Source of the DNA: an uncultured virus (IMG/VR IMGVR_UViG_3300033075_000203)
Taxonomy: Duplodnaviria; Heunggongvirae; Uroviricota; Caudoviricetes
Reading direction: 5' to 3' (one strand)
IMG/VR virus record: IMGVR_UViG_3300033075_000203
Length of the DNA stretch: 64,000 nt
The stretch's first letter is position 1. Each line of letters begins with the position of its first letter. The notes under the pieces are model-generated. The model did not search any database. It was not told the DNA's origin and saw only the letters and a program-made list of their open reading frames with translations. A program made the position numbers and the translations under genes. This document shows positions 36,527 to 45,942 of the stretch, one piece after another.

Positions 36527-37321
36527 ATGGCGTATCCTCCGTCCGTACCGACTCTGATTGCGCGTTGGGCTCTCGACGGCAACAACGTCGTCGAGCCTTC
36601 TGAAGCGAGGAAGTACGCCGGATGGTCTGGCGGGGAATATCCACCGTCGACGTATTTCAACTGGTATCAGCGACTCGTCGCCGAGCAGGTTCGATACCTA
36701 TCTTACGATCGGATTGTCGACGAGGATTTCAACCACGCGCCGTCGATTGACTATGACGTTGGCGGTGTATGGCCGACGGGTATGAGTAACGGCCTCTATC
36801 CGCGATGGGACGTGGTCGGTCGAGGCGTAGCCTTGACGGACGGATTACGCGATCAGAACGTGATCGGAGCGGCGATTATTGCTCCCGTAGCAGGTAGTAC
36901 GGCCGGGATTCGTAAAGTTGTCGGCGGGATCAACTTCCGAGACTTCATTTTTGAAGCACGCTTTCTGTTCAACGGAGGCTTCGGAGCCGGACCTACCGGC
37001 ATGTTGCTGGGTTGGCCGAACAACCTGTATATCGCTCACGATACGGGCGGCTTGAACTCTCTGAAACTGTACTGGCGACCCAGTAATATGATCGCCTGGA
37101 CAGGTCAGAACGCTACTTTTGTGATACCGCTAAACCAACCCGTACACGTCGCTCTCGAGCGCGAAGGCGCTACGCTAACGATGTCGATCAATGGCGAGCG
37201 TAAGTTTTCTGTCAAAGGCGACAACGTATCGATCAGCACCCCGGTCGAAGCTCGTATCGCTTATGGTGGATCTGCCGAAACACTTTGGCTTGACAAGATG
37301 CTTGTCGGCGTTCGTCGATAA
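36527..37321 (+). CDS. tail fibre/receptor-binding-type protein with lectin-like C-terminus
   Basis: N-terminal EP....GW..GEYPP..YFNW fibre-attachment motif; lower GC. Confidence 0.6.
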   Translation: MAYPPSVPTLIARWALDGNNVVEPSEARKYAGWSGGEYPPSTYFNWYQRLVAEQVRYLSYDRIVDEDFNHAPSIDYDVGGVWPTGMSNGLYPRWDVVGRGVALTDGLRDQNVIGAAIIAPVAGSTAGIRKVVGGINFRDFIFEARFLFNGGFGAGPTGMLLGWPNNLYIAHDTGGLNSLKLYWRPSNMIAWTGQNATFVIPLNQPVHVALEREGATLTMSINGERKFSVKGDNVSISTPVEARIAYGGSAETLWLDKMLVGVRR

Positions 37322-37358
37322 CTTTCGTCCGGCACGATTCTCGCTGTAGACTCGCCCT

Positions 37359-40300
37359 ATGTCCGCAAGCACCGCCTACGACGTTATCGTCGGAGCCGTC
37401 CAAGACATCGAGGTCGCCCGCGGCGAGGACCGCGAGCTCCAATTCACGTTCACGACCGACGGCTCGACGCCGAAGGATCTGACCGGCGCGATTGCGATCA
37501 TCCTGAGCGTTCGCAATCGTGCGACGGGGCTCGAGGTTTTTGCACGTAGCTACACCGGCTTCGTCGGCGCTGCGAGCGCGGGCATCGTCACGTTCGACGT
37601 CATCTCGTGGGACACGATCAGCCAGGATCCCGGCCCGTACGACGTCGACATTTTTTGGACCGACTCGAGCAACAACCGCGAGCAGCTCCTCGCGCTCTCG
37701 ACGTTCTACATCCTCGACTCGACGCTTGCCTTCCTAACGCCCGTTACGACGCCGCCGGCTGTGCCCGTCGTCTACGGGCTCGTCCATCGCGGTTCGTGGT
37801 CGGGTGGCGTCACGGGCGGCTACAACCTCAACGACGCCGTCCAGGCGCTCGACTACTCGCTCGGCTCGACCGCGTGGTCGACGTTCCGAAACATCCAGCA
37901 GGGGAACACCTACTACCCGATCGGTCCGACGGGCGTGCTCGCTACGGGCTGGCGCTACATCGCCCAGCACGGCGGCGCGGGCGCAACCGGGCCGACCGGC
38001 CCGCAGGGCGCTACGGGCTGGACCGGTCCGCGCGGCGCGACGGGCGTTACGGGACCGACCGGACAAGCCGGCGTCACGGGCGCTACGGGGCCGCGTGGAG
38101 CGACCGGAGTCCAGGGGCCGACCGGACCTACGGGGCCGACCGGCGCGCGTGGTGTAACGGGCGCGCAGGGCGTCCCCGGCGTTACCGGAGGTACGGGTCC
38201 GCAGGGTGCGACAGGTCCGGCGATTACGGGCGCGACGGGTCCAGCGGGTCCGCGCGGGTTCACCGGCGCGACCGGGCCGCAGGGCGCGACCGGAGCGACC
38301 GGCCCTACAGGAGCTCGTGGAGCGACAGGAGTTACGGGACCCGCTATTACTGGCGCAACAGGCCCTCGTGGTGCGACGGGGTCGCAAGGTGCGACGGGTC
38401 CGACGGGTCCGACGGGTCCGCAAGGCGCAGTCGGTCCGCGCGGGTTTACCGGCTCGACCGGCCCGGCGGGAGCGACCGGAGCAACCGGACCGCGTGGCGA
38501 TACGGGTCCGCAAGGCACGACCGGACCTCGCGGCTACACGGGACCGACCGGCCCCGCGGGCGCGACGGGCGTTACCGGAGCTACTGGTCCGCAAGGTCCG
38601 ACGGGCGCTCGAGGGATCACCGGCACGACGGGACCGACCGGCCCGGCGGGCGCGACGGGCGCGACGGGTCCGCAAGGTCCGACGGGTGCTCGCGGCGTAA
38701 CGGGCGCGACCGGACCGCAGGGCGTAACGGGCGCGACCGGGCCGACCGGAGCTCGCGGCGCGACCGGAGCGGCCGGCGTAACGGGCTGGACCGGCCCGCA
38801 AGGCGCGACGGGCGTCCAGGGCGCGACGGGTCCGTACGGCGGCCCTACGGGCGCGATGGGCGCGACCGGACCGCAGGGTCCGCAGGGTAGCGCGACCGGG
38901 CAGACGTTCGGCCAGTCAGGCTTCGTGCTCGCGCACATGGGCGGCCAGGCGTACGCCGGCTTCGATCACGATTACGGCGACGTGATGGGGAACTCGTATC
39001 TCGTCAAGCCGGGCGACTTTTTCATCAACGCCGGACGCGGCGCGACGCAGTACATTACTCTACCGAACGATACCGCGCGAGGTCGCGTTATCGTCGTCGC
39101 TGATTCGTACGGCGTCGATTCGAGCAACCCGATCGTCATCAAGGCCGGAGCCTCCGGCGCTGGTCTGATCGACGTCATCCCGTACGACGTCATCGACAAG
39201 CCGTTTGACGTTCGCTGGTATATCTTCTGGGACAAGAACGGCAACAATCCGATGTGGCGCCGCATGTCTCCGACGGGTGTCGGCGGCGTCGGTGGCGGTG
39301 GTACGGGCGCGACAGGTCCGGCGGGACCGACCGGAGCGACAGGACCTACCGGACCCGCGGGCGCGCAGGGCGCTACGGGACCGACCGGAGCTCGAGGCGT
39401 TACGGGAGCGACCGGGCCGACGGGTCCGCAGGGTACGCCGGGCGTTACCGGAGCTACGGGTCCGACGGGTCCGCAGGGCGCGACGGGTCCGCAGGGCGCG
39501 ACGGGTCCGGCGAACGGTCCTACGGGTCCGGCCGGACCTACGGGCGCGACGGGTCCGACGGGTCCGCAGGGAGCGCAAGGAGTTACGGGCGCGACGGGTC
39601 CACAAGGCGCGACGGGTCCACAGGGCGCGCAGGGTATCGCCGGAGGTAACAACGGGCCGACGTTCGGGACGGGCTTCGCGTTCACCGGAGCGAGCGGGTT
39701 CAACCAGAACCTTTCGTTCATCGGCGGGCAGCAGGTTTCGGCGCGCTACATCTTCGGCTCGACGACGTACAAACCCGTCGTCGGAGACTTCGTGATCCTG
39801 TTCGACTCGCAGGGCGCAGGCAACGCCGGAGTGCAGCTCCCATCGGCGGCGCGCTTTCCTGGCCGACTCATCGGCATCAAAGACATCGGAGGCTGGGGCA
39901 ACAACTTCACCGTCAGTATCGAAGGCGTCTCGGGCTATTTCGACGATCCGACGGTCGGCGTTACCACGGACAAGCTCAGCGACGCGGGCGTCCTGACTTA
40001 TAACGCGCGTTGGTATCTCGCGGCTCCGACGGGTGCGAGCGCGAACATCTGGTACCGTATGACGCCGACCGGCGTCGCGCAGACGCCGGGTGTCGGTGGT
40101 GGCGGAACGACCGGCCCAACGTTCGGCACGACGGGCGTTCGGCAGATCTATCTCGGCGGCGCGAAGTTGACGACGAAGAGCATCTCGACCGGGTATACGC
40201 CGCTCGCGGGCGACTACCTGATCTTCGTCACCTCGACCGGAGCTACGATCCCGATCTATCTCCCGGTCGATGCGGATCCGGGCACCGTCTACGTCGTCAA

Positions 40301-40454
40301 AGACGCCGCCGGTGGTGCGGGCGTTTCGTACCCGATCCACCTCAAGGGTGTGACGGGCTTCGTCGACGGATCGCCGACGGGTATCGTCCTCAACAACGCC
40401 TTTGGCGTTCGCGGCGTCGTCGCGCAAGCGACGGGGCTCTGGTTGACCATCTAA
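37359..40454 (+). CDS. long collagen-like fibre (G-X-T repeats) with three repeated globular modules
   Basis: BppU-like N-terminus; about 100 G-X-Y triplets at ~37975-38900 plus a shorter run at ~39300-39650. Confidence 0.85.
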   Translation: MSASTAYDVIVGAVQDIEVARGEDRELQFTFTTDGSTPKDLTGAIAIILSVRNRATGLEVFARSYTGFVGAASAGIVTFDVISWDTISQDPGPYDVDIFWTDSSNNREQLLALSTFYILDSTLAFLTPVTTPPAVPVVYGLVHRGSWSGGVTGGYNLNDAVQALDYSLGSTAWSTFRNIQQGNTYYPIGPTGVLATGWRYIAQHGGAGATGPTGPQGATGWTGPRGATGVTGPTGQAGVTGATGPRGATGVQGPTGPTGPTGARGVTGAQGVPGVTGGTGPQGATGPAITGATGPAGPRGFTGATGPQGATGATGPTGARGATGVTGPAITGATGPRGATGSQGATGPTGPTGPQGAVGPRGFTGSTGPAGATGATGPRGDTGPQGTTGPRGYTGPTGPAGATGVTGATGPQGPTGARGITGTTGPTGPAGATGATGPQGPTGARGVTGATGPQGVTGATGPTGARGATGAAGVTGWTGPQGATGVQGATGPYGGPTGAMGATGPQGPQGSATGQTFGQSGFVLAHMGGQAYAGFDHDYGDVMGNSYLVKPGDFFINAGRGATQYITLPNDTARGRVIVVADSYGVDSSNPIVIKAGASGAGLIDVIPYDVIDKPFDVRWYIFWDKNGNNPMWRRMSPTGVGGVGGGGTGATGPAGPTGATGPTGPAGAQGATGPTGARGVTGATGPTGPQGTPGVTGATGPTGPQGATGPQGATGPANGPTGPAGPTGATGPTGPQGAQGVTGATGPQGATGPQGAQGIAGGNNGPTFGTGFAFTGASGFNQNLSFIGGQQVSARYIFGSTTYKPVVGDFVILFDSQGAGNAGVQLPSAARFPGRLIGIKDIGGWGNNFTVSIEGVSGYFDDPTVGVTTDKLSDAGVLTYNARWYLAAPTGASANIWYRMTPTGVAQTPGVGGGGTTGPTFGTTGVRQIYLGGAKLTTKSISTGYTPLAGDYLIFVTSTGATIPIYLPVDADPGTVYVVKDAAGGAGVSYPIHLKGVTGFVDGSPTGIVLNNAFGVRGVVAQATGLWLTI

Positions 40455-41200
40455 TGCACGGCGCGAGCGCAGTACGAAAGAACTTCGTTCCGGCCGACAT
40501 CGCCGATTGTCGTTGCTGGTTGCGATCCGATCTCGGAGTCGGGCTCGTCGGATCGAAGGTTGCCGACTGGCGTTGTCAGGTGTCGGGCACGAGCTTCTCG
40601 CGATCCGTCGACGCCGAGCGACCGACCTACGCCGCGGGAGCGAACGGCGTGCCCAAGATCGTGTTCGCGGGCTCGCACGCGCTCAAGAACAGCTCGCTAT
40701 TCATGAGCGGGCCTTCGACGGTGCTCCAGATCATTCGACTCACGTCGACGCCGGGCGCTTCGGCGAGCGTCGTTTCGTACGTGTATCAGAGCGCAGCGAG
40801 CTCGACGACGCGTTCGTTGTTCATCTTTATGAACGTCGGCGGCTATCAGAACGTGACATTCAAAAACGATCTCAACGCGTCGGGTATTTCCGTCGGATTT
40901 AATCCGACTCTCGACACGACGCTGCACGCGTTCCTTACCAGCTACAATGGCGGATTGAATACGTCGACGGGCTCTTACGCGGAAAACACGGACGGCGCCG
41001 AGCAGTCCGTCGTCGCTTCCGCGAGCATCGGTAGCGCGAGCGCGTTCTTTACGTCGCTCGGAGGAACGATCACGGATCCGGGCGACGTCGTTGCTGACGG
41101 CGTAAGCGCCGATCTGTACGAGTGGGCGCTCTGGTCGCGTCCGCTCTCGTTGACCGAGAAGCTCTCAATCTGGGGCTACGTAAAAAACCGCTATCCGTAG
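40454..41200 (+). CDS. LamG/concanavalin-like beta-sandwich virion protein
   Basis: W.RSD.GV, V..W, RPTY, LYEWALWSRPLS..E. Confidence 0.6.
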   Translation: MHGASAVRKNFVPADIADCRCWLRSDLGVGLVGSKVADWRCQVSGTSFSRSVDAERPTYAAGANGVPKIVFAGSHALKNSSLFMSGPSTVLQIIRLTSTPGASASVVSYVYQSAASSTTRSLFIFMNVGGYQNVTFKNDLNASGISVGFNPTLDTTLHAFLTSYNGGLNTSTGSYAENTDGAEQSVVASASIGSASAFFTSLGGTITDPGDVVADGVSADLYEWALWSRPLSLTEKLSIWGYVKNRYP

Positions 41201-41238
41201 TTGACAGTGATCCGCGCGATCGTGTCCACTTCGGACAC
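41201..41238 (+). promoter_or_regulatory. promoter/operator of glycosylation operon
   Basis: Perfect TTGACA at 41201 and GTGTCC-N5-GGACAC inverted repeat. Confidence 0.5.
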
Positions 41239-41240
41239 AA

Positions 41241-41405
41241 GTGCGCACGCAAACGATCCACGTAAGAGTCACGCCGAAGCTCCGCGCCGCGATCCGTCGC
41301 GCCGCGCGCGCCGACGGGCGGACGCTTAGCGACTGGTGCGCGCGACAGCTCGAGCAGCTCCTCGCCCCTGCCAACCAGGATCCCGACAAGGACGCCACCG
41401 AATGA
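41241..41405 (+). CDS. ribbon-helix-helix (Arc/CopG-like) regulator
   Basis: Manual translation VRTQTIHVRVTPKLRAAIRRAARADGRTLSDW; TGA overlaps ATG of GT gene. Confidence 0.65.
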   Translation: MRTQTIHVRVTPKLRAAIRRAARADGRTLSDWCARQLEQLLAPANQDPDKDATE

Positions 41406-44062
41406 AGATCTCGCTCTGCATGATCGTCCGCGACGAAGAAGAGAACCTCGCCGCGTGCTTGCAATCCGCGCGACCGTACGTCGACGAGATCATCGTCTGC
41501 GATACGGGATCTAAGGATCGATCGAAGGACGTCGCCCGGCAGTTCGGCGCGCTCGTCGTCGACTTCAACCCGCAGACGCACCCGACCGAATTCTTCGTCG
41601 ACGACGAAGCTACGTGCTCCCAGTTCGGAGCCCCGCCGCCGTACTCGGGCATGATCGCTCTCGGCAACTTCGCCGGCGCGCGTAACGAGAGCTTCCGTCA
41701 CGCGACGGGCGACTATATCCTCTGGCTCGATAGCGACGACGTTCTTGAGCACGGTGAGAAGCTCCGCTCGATCGTCGACGACATGATCGCTCGTGGCATC
41801 GAGCTCGGCTTCGTCTCCTACGATTACGCACGCGACGACAAGGGGCGCGTGCATTACCGTCAGTGGCGCGAGCGCATCATCAAGCGCGGCTCGGCGACGT
41901 GGGTTAACCCGATCCACGAGGTCATGCTGCCGATGCGGCCGAACATCCCCAACGCGCAGTACGCCGGGATCAACGTCGTGCACCGGCGGAAAGCCGATCG
42001 CGTCATGGTTCCGAATCGGAACTACAAGAACCTCTTGCGGCAACGCAAGACCGATCTCGACGCCGGTCGACCGCTCGATCCGCGCACGCTGTTCTACCTC
42101 GGGCAAGAGGCGCGCTTCATCCAACCGGCGCGCGCTGTCGAGTTCTACGAGGACTACCTGAAAGCGTCCGGCTGGGACGAGGAACGCTCCGCAGCGCACC
42201 TCGCGCTCGGTACGCTCTACGAGTTCGGCGCGCTTCCGCTACCGCCTGACGAGTCGTACGCTCGCGCGAACGCGCACTACGGAACGGCCGCGGCCGAGAT
42301 GCCGAACAACCCCGACGGGCTTTTCGGCATGGCGCGCATCGCCTATCTGCGCGGGCGGTGGCACGACTGCGTCAAATTCACCGAGCGCGCCTTCGCGATC
42401 GGCAACACCGACTCGATGCTCGGCGCGAACCCGACCGAGCGTGAGTACCGGCCGCACGCGTACTACAACCACGCGCTCGCGAAGCTCGGTCGCTACCAGG
42501 AAGCGATCGAGAGCTGCAAGCGTGCGCTCGCGACGTGTCCCGACGATCCGGGCGTTCCCGGCGGCGCGTCGGGCATGTTGACGAACAATCTGCGCTGCTA
42601 CGAAGCCTTCCTCGCGGGCGAACCTCCGCCCGTCGCCGCGAGCGCCGAGCCGCCGCCGAACGCGATCACGACCGACAAGAACGAGCCGCTACACGCCCCG
42701 CCGCAGGCGTTCCCGCGCGACGCGCTCGTCATCTGGGCGATGCAGCTCTGGAAGCAGATCCAACACGTCGAGGCGAACGCGGACAAGGCGCTCCGCTTTC
42801 TCGAGACTCTGCCGACGGCGCTCAAGCTCGATCCCGTGTTCGCGCGCATGGAAACCTACTCGCGCAACCATCAACCCGTCGCGCGTCAGCGCGTCGACGT
42901 CAACAAGTACGCGCTCAAGTCGCCGACGAAGCCGAAAGCCGTCGGCGCGAAACGCCTCGTGCTCTGGATCGGTCCCGCCGTCGAGGATTGGTCGCCCGAC
43001 TCGCCGAATACGACCGGCATCGGCGGCAGCGAGACGGCGGCGATCGAGGTTTGCAAGGGCTTCGCGAAGCGCGGTTGGGAGGTCGTCGTCTACGGGTGCC
43101 CGCCGCAACCGGGCGTCTGGGACGGCGTTCGCTACGAGCGTCACGAGAGCTACACGGGCACCGGATCCGACGTCGACGTGTTCATCAGCTCGCGCGATCC
43201 GGGCGTGATGGGCCTGCCGAACGAAGCCGCGCTCAAGCTCCTCTGGGTTCACGACATCCACTGCGGGCCGCAGAGCGCGGGCATGGAGGTGTTCCTGCTG
43301 CGCTTCGATCGCGTGCTCTGTCTTTCCCAGTGGCACAAGGACTACTTCTGCTCGCAGTATCCGACGCTGCACCCCGATCGCGTCATCGTCACGCGCAACG
43401 GAATCGATCTCGATCGCTTCGCGGACTTCAACCTCCGGCCGCGTAAGAACCGCTTGATCTGGTCCTCGAGCCCGAACCGCGGGCTCGATCTCTGCCTGGC
43501 CAACTTCGCGTTCGTTCGCGATGCCGTTCCCGACGCCGAGTTGCACGTCTACTACGGCTTCGATACATGGGAAAAGTTCGCCAACATGCGCGGCGATCCG
43601 AACGAGCTTCGCGACATCCAGCGGTACAAGATGCTGCTCGAGTCGACGCCGGGCGTCGTCTGGCACGGTCGCGTGAACCAGCGCGAGCTCGCCGAAGCGT
43701 TCCTCGCGTCGAAGGTCTGGCCGTACATCACGACGTTCACCGAGACGAGCTGCATCTCGGCGATGGAGGCCCAGGCCGCCGGAGCGATCCCGGTCACGTC
43801 GCGACTCGCGGCGCTGCCCGAAACCGTCGGCGTCGGAAAGCTCATCGAACCCGGGCCGCAGTACGGGCAAGAGTTCGTCTCCGAGGTCGTGCGGCTGCTC
43901 CGCGACGAGTCGTACTGGTGCCGCCAAGCGACCGAGGCGAACGCCTACGCGCGCGATCACTTCTCGTGGTCGGCGCTCGTCGACGATTGGTCGCGCATGT
44001 TCGACGAGCTACGACCGCTCGTGCAGATCAACCCCGTTCCGCTCTGGAGGCGCGCACAGTGA
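41402..44062 (+). CDS. GT2 - TPR - GT4 multidomain glycosyltransferase
   Basis: KISLCMIVRDEE, DTGSKD, FAGARN, WLDSDD, IHE; TPR helices; GIGGSE, SSSPNRGL, ETSCISAMEA. Confidence 0.9.
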   Translation: MKISLCMIVRDEEENLAACLQSARPYVDEIIVCDTGSKDRSKDVARQFGALVVDFNPQTHPTEFFVDDEATCSQFGAPPPYSGMIALGNFAGARNESFRHATGDYILWLDSDDVLEHGEKLRSIVDDMIARGIELGFVSYDYARDDKGRVHYRQWRERIIKRGSATWVNPIHEVMLPMRPNIPNAQYAGINVVHRRKADRVMVPNRNYKNLLRQRKTDLDAGRPLDPRTLFYLGQEARFIQPARAVEFYEDYLKASGWDEERSAAHLALGTLYEFGALPLPPDESYARANAHYGTAAAEMPNNPDGLFGMARIAYLRGRWHDCVKFTERAFAIGNTDSMLGANPTEREYRPHAYYNHALAKLGRYQEAIESCKRALATCPDDPGVPGGASGMLTNNLRCYEAFLAGEPPPVAASAEPPPNAITTDKNEPLHAPPQAFPRDALVIWAMQLWKQIQHVEANADKALRFLETLPTALKLDPVFARMETYSRNHQPVARQRVDVNKYALKSPTKPKAVGAKRLVLWIGPAVEDWSPDSPNTTGIGGSETAAIEVCKGFAKRGWEVVVYGCPPQPGVWDGVRYERHESYTGTGSDVDVFISSRDPGVMGLPNEAALKLLWVHDIHCGPQSAGMEVFLLRFDRVLCLSQWHKDYFCSQYPTLHPDRVIVTRNGIDLDRFADFNLRPRKNRLIWSSSPNRGLDLCLANFAFVRDAVPDAELHVYYGFDTWEKFANMRGDPNELRDIQRYKMLLESTPGVVWHGRVNQRELAEAFLASKVWPYITTFTETSCISAMEAQAAGAIPVTSRLAALPETVGVGKLIEPGPQYGQEFVSEVVRLLRDESYWCRQATEANAYARDHFSWSALVDDWSRMFDELRPLVQINPVPLWRRAQ

Positions 44063-45927
44063 TCCCACAGAAAAAACCACTCCACGTCGTGATGATCTAC
44101 GGCGCGATGTCCTCGTCGAACCGCGGGCCGTACGACATCGCCGGGCTCTACACGCGCCAGGGACTCACCGGATCCGAGTCGAGCTTCTTCAACCTCGCGC
44201 GCAGCCTCGCCGAGATCGGCCACGAGGTCGTTGTCATGGCCGACGTGACGCAACCGACGCAGCACGCGAGCGGCTTCCACGCGATGCCGCTCCAGGCGAT
44301 CAACGGTCTTTCGTCGATGCGTGACGTCGACGTCGTCATCGCGTGGAACGAGCCCGATTACCTCGCCTACGTCCCGCACGGCGTGCTACGGATCTGCGAT
44401 CAGCAGCTCAACGACTTTCGCTACGTACGCGGCCCGCTCGGCGCGCTCTCGGACATCTGGGTCGCTCCGTCGCAGAACCACCTCGACTACCTGACGATGT
44501 TCGAGCACCTCCCGATCGGCGGCACGCGCGTCATCCCGAACAGCGTCGATCTTGATCTCGTGCGTAGCGCCGACACGCTGGAAGTTCCGTCGAAGCGCGT
44601 CGTTTATTGCAGCTCCCCGGATCGAGGTCTGCATCACCTCGTCGGCCTCTGGCCAGAGGTACGAAAGCGTGAGCCGAGCGCCGAGCTGCACATCTACTAT
44701 CGCCTCGCCGGATGGCTCAACGACGTCTCGGGCTGCGGCCCGTGGGCGCAATCGCACCCGGACGTGTGCGAGTCTGCTCGACGAGCTCGCTATGTCGCCG
44801 AGGCGCTGCGGCGCATGTCGACCGGGTTCGGCGTCCACGTTCACGACGTGGTGCCGAACAAGCAGATGCTCGAGGAGCTCCATCGCGCGCGTGTGCTCGC
44901 GTACCCGTGCGATCCGATCCGCTACACCGAAGGTTTCGGCGTCTCGGTCCTCGACGCGGTCGCGTGCGGCGTTCGCGCGATCATCACCGACGCCGACGCG
45001 CTGCCGTCGGTCCACGCCGACGGAGCGTACAAGATTCTCTCGCGCGAGATCGATCGCGCGGCGTGGGTCGACGCGATCTGCTCAGCGTTGAACGGTCCGG
45101 GCTTGACCGATCGCTCGGCTCGCGCGCAGGACTACGTCAAGCGGCACGATCGGATCTCCGTCGCTCGTCGATGGGAGGCGCTCATCTACGAGCAACTTCA
45201 CTTCCGCACGATCCCGACGCGACAGCCGCAGGAGTTCCCCGAGATCACGTACCCCGAAGCCGGGCGCGCGTTGCGCGTTCGCGAGCGCAGCGTTGACGGT
45301 AGCGTCTTTCGTTTCTGGGAAACGGAGACGCACGGAAGCTGGTGGTCGATGGAGGACGAGCAGAACGTGCGTGACCGTCACTGGCACCCGAAGCCTGGCG
45401 AAGTCGTGCTCGACGTCGGCGCCGCTTTCGGTAGCTACGCGCTACCGGCGCTCGCGCTCGGCGCTCGCGTCGTCGCGTTCTCTCCGGCCGAGCCCGATAC
45501 GCAACTGCTCGTCGCGAACCTCGACCTGAACCCCGAGTTCGCCGATCGCTTCTCGCTCTCGCGCGACGGGATCGCCGATCGCGACTGTTGGTTCGATCCG
45601 ACGCACAGCGTCTATGCCGAGCAGCCCGGCGACGCGACGTGGCTACGCTGTCGGAGCCTCGACTCTTGGCTCGCGGAAAACCCGCTCGATCGCGTCGACT
45701 TGATCAAGCTCGACGTCGAGGGCGCCGAGCTCGACGCGCTCCGCGGCGCCGAGGGATTGATCCGCCGCTTCCGTCCGCGAATCCTCGTCGAGTGCCATAA
45801 CTTCCACCGCCCCATGAGCGAGCCCGTCATCGCTTTTGTTCAGTCGCTCGGCCTCGGGTATCGTGTCGAGATACACCCGCACGGCGGCGTAGCGCATGCG
45901 TTTTTCGACGTGCCCGACGCGGCCTAG
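44059..45927 (+). CDS. GT4 glycosyltransferase fused to FkbM-family O-methyltransferase
   Basis: GLTGSE, SSPDRGL, EGFGVSVLDA; C-terminal VLDVGAAFGSY and LIKLDVEGAE. Confidence 0.85.
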   Translation: MIPQKKPLHVVMIYGAMSSSNRGPYDIAGLYTRQGLTGSESSFFNLARSLAEIGHEVVVMADVTQPTQHASGFHAMPLQAINGLSSMRDVDVVIAWNEPDYLAYVPHGVLRICDQQLNDFRYVRGPLGALSDIWVAPSQNHLDYLTMFEHLPIGGTRVIPNSVDLDLVRSADTLEVPSKRVVYCSSPDRGLHHLVGLWPEVRKREPSAELHIYYRLAGWLNDVSGCGPWAQSHPDVCESARRARYVAEALRRMSTGFGVHVHDVVPNKQMLEELHRARVLAYPCDPIRYTEGFGVSVLDAVACGVRAIITDADALPSVHADGAYKILSREIDRAAWVDAICSALNGPGLTDRSARAQDYVKRHDRISVARRWEALIYEQLHFRTIPTRQPQEFPEITYPEAGRALRVRERSVDGSVFRFWETETHGSWWSMEDEQNVRDRHWHPKPGEVVLDVGAAFGSYALPALALGARVVAFSPAEPDTQLLVANLDLNPEFADRFSLSRDGIADRDCWFDPTHSVYAEQPGDATWLRCRSLDSWLAENPLDRVDLIKLDVEGAELDALRGAEGLIRRFRPRILVECHNFHRPMSEPVIAFVQSLGLGYRVEIHPHGGVAHAFFDVPDAA

Positions 45928-45942
45928 AAAAACGAGGCTCCC

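Noticed and set aside
37734..39721. Long minus-strand and alternate-frame ORFs (GPVAP/RRAR repeats) over the collagen genes, also at 45643-47444
   Set aside because: Shadow ORFs caused by stop-free GC-rich collagen repeats
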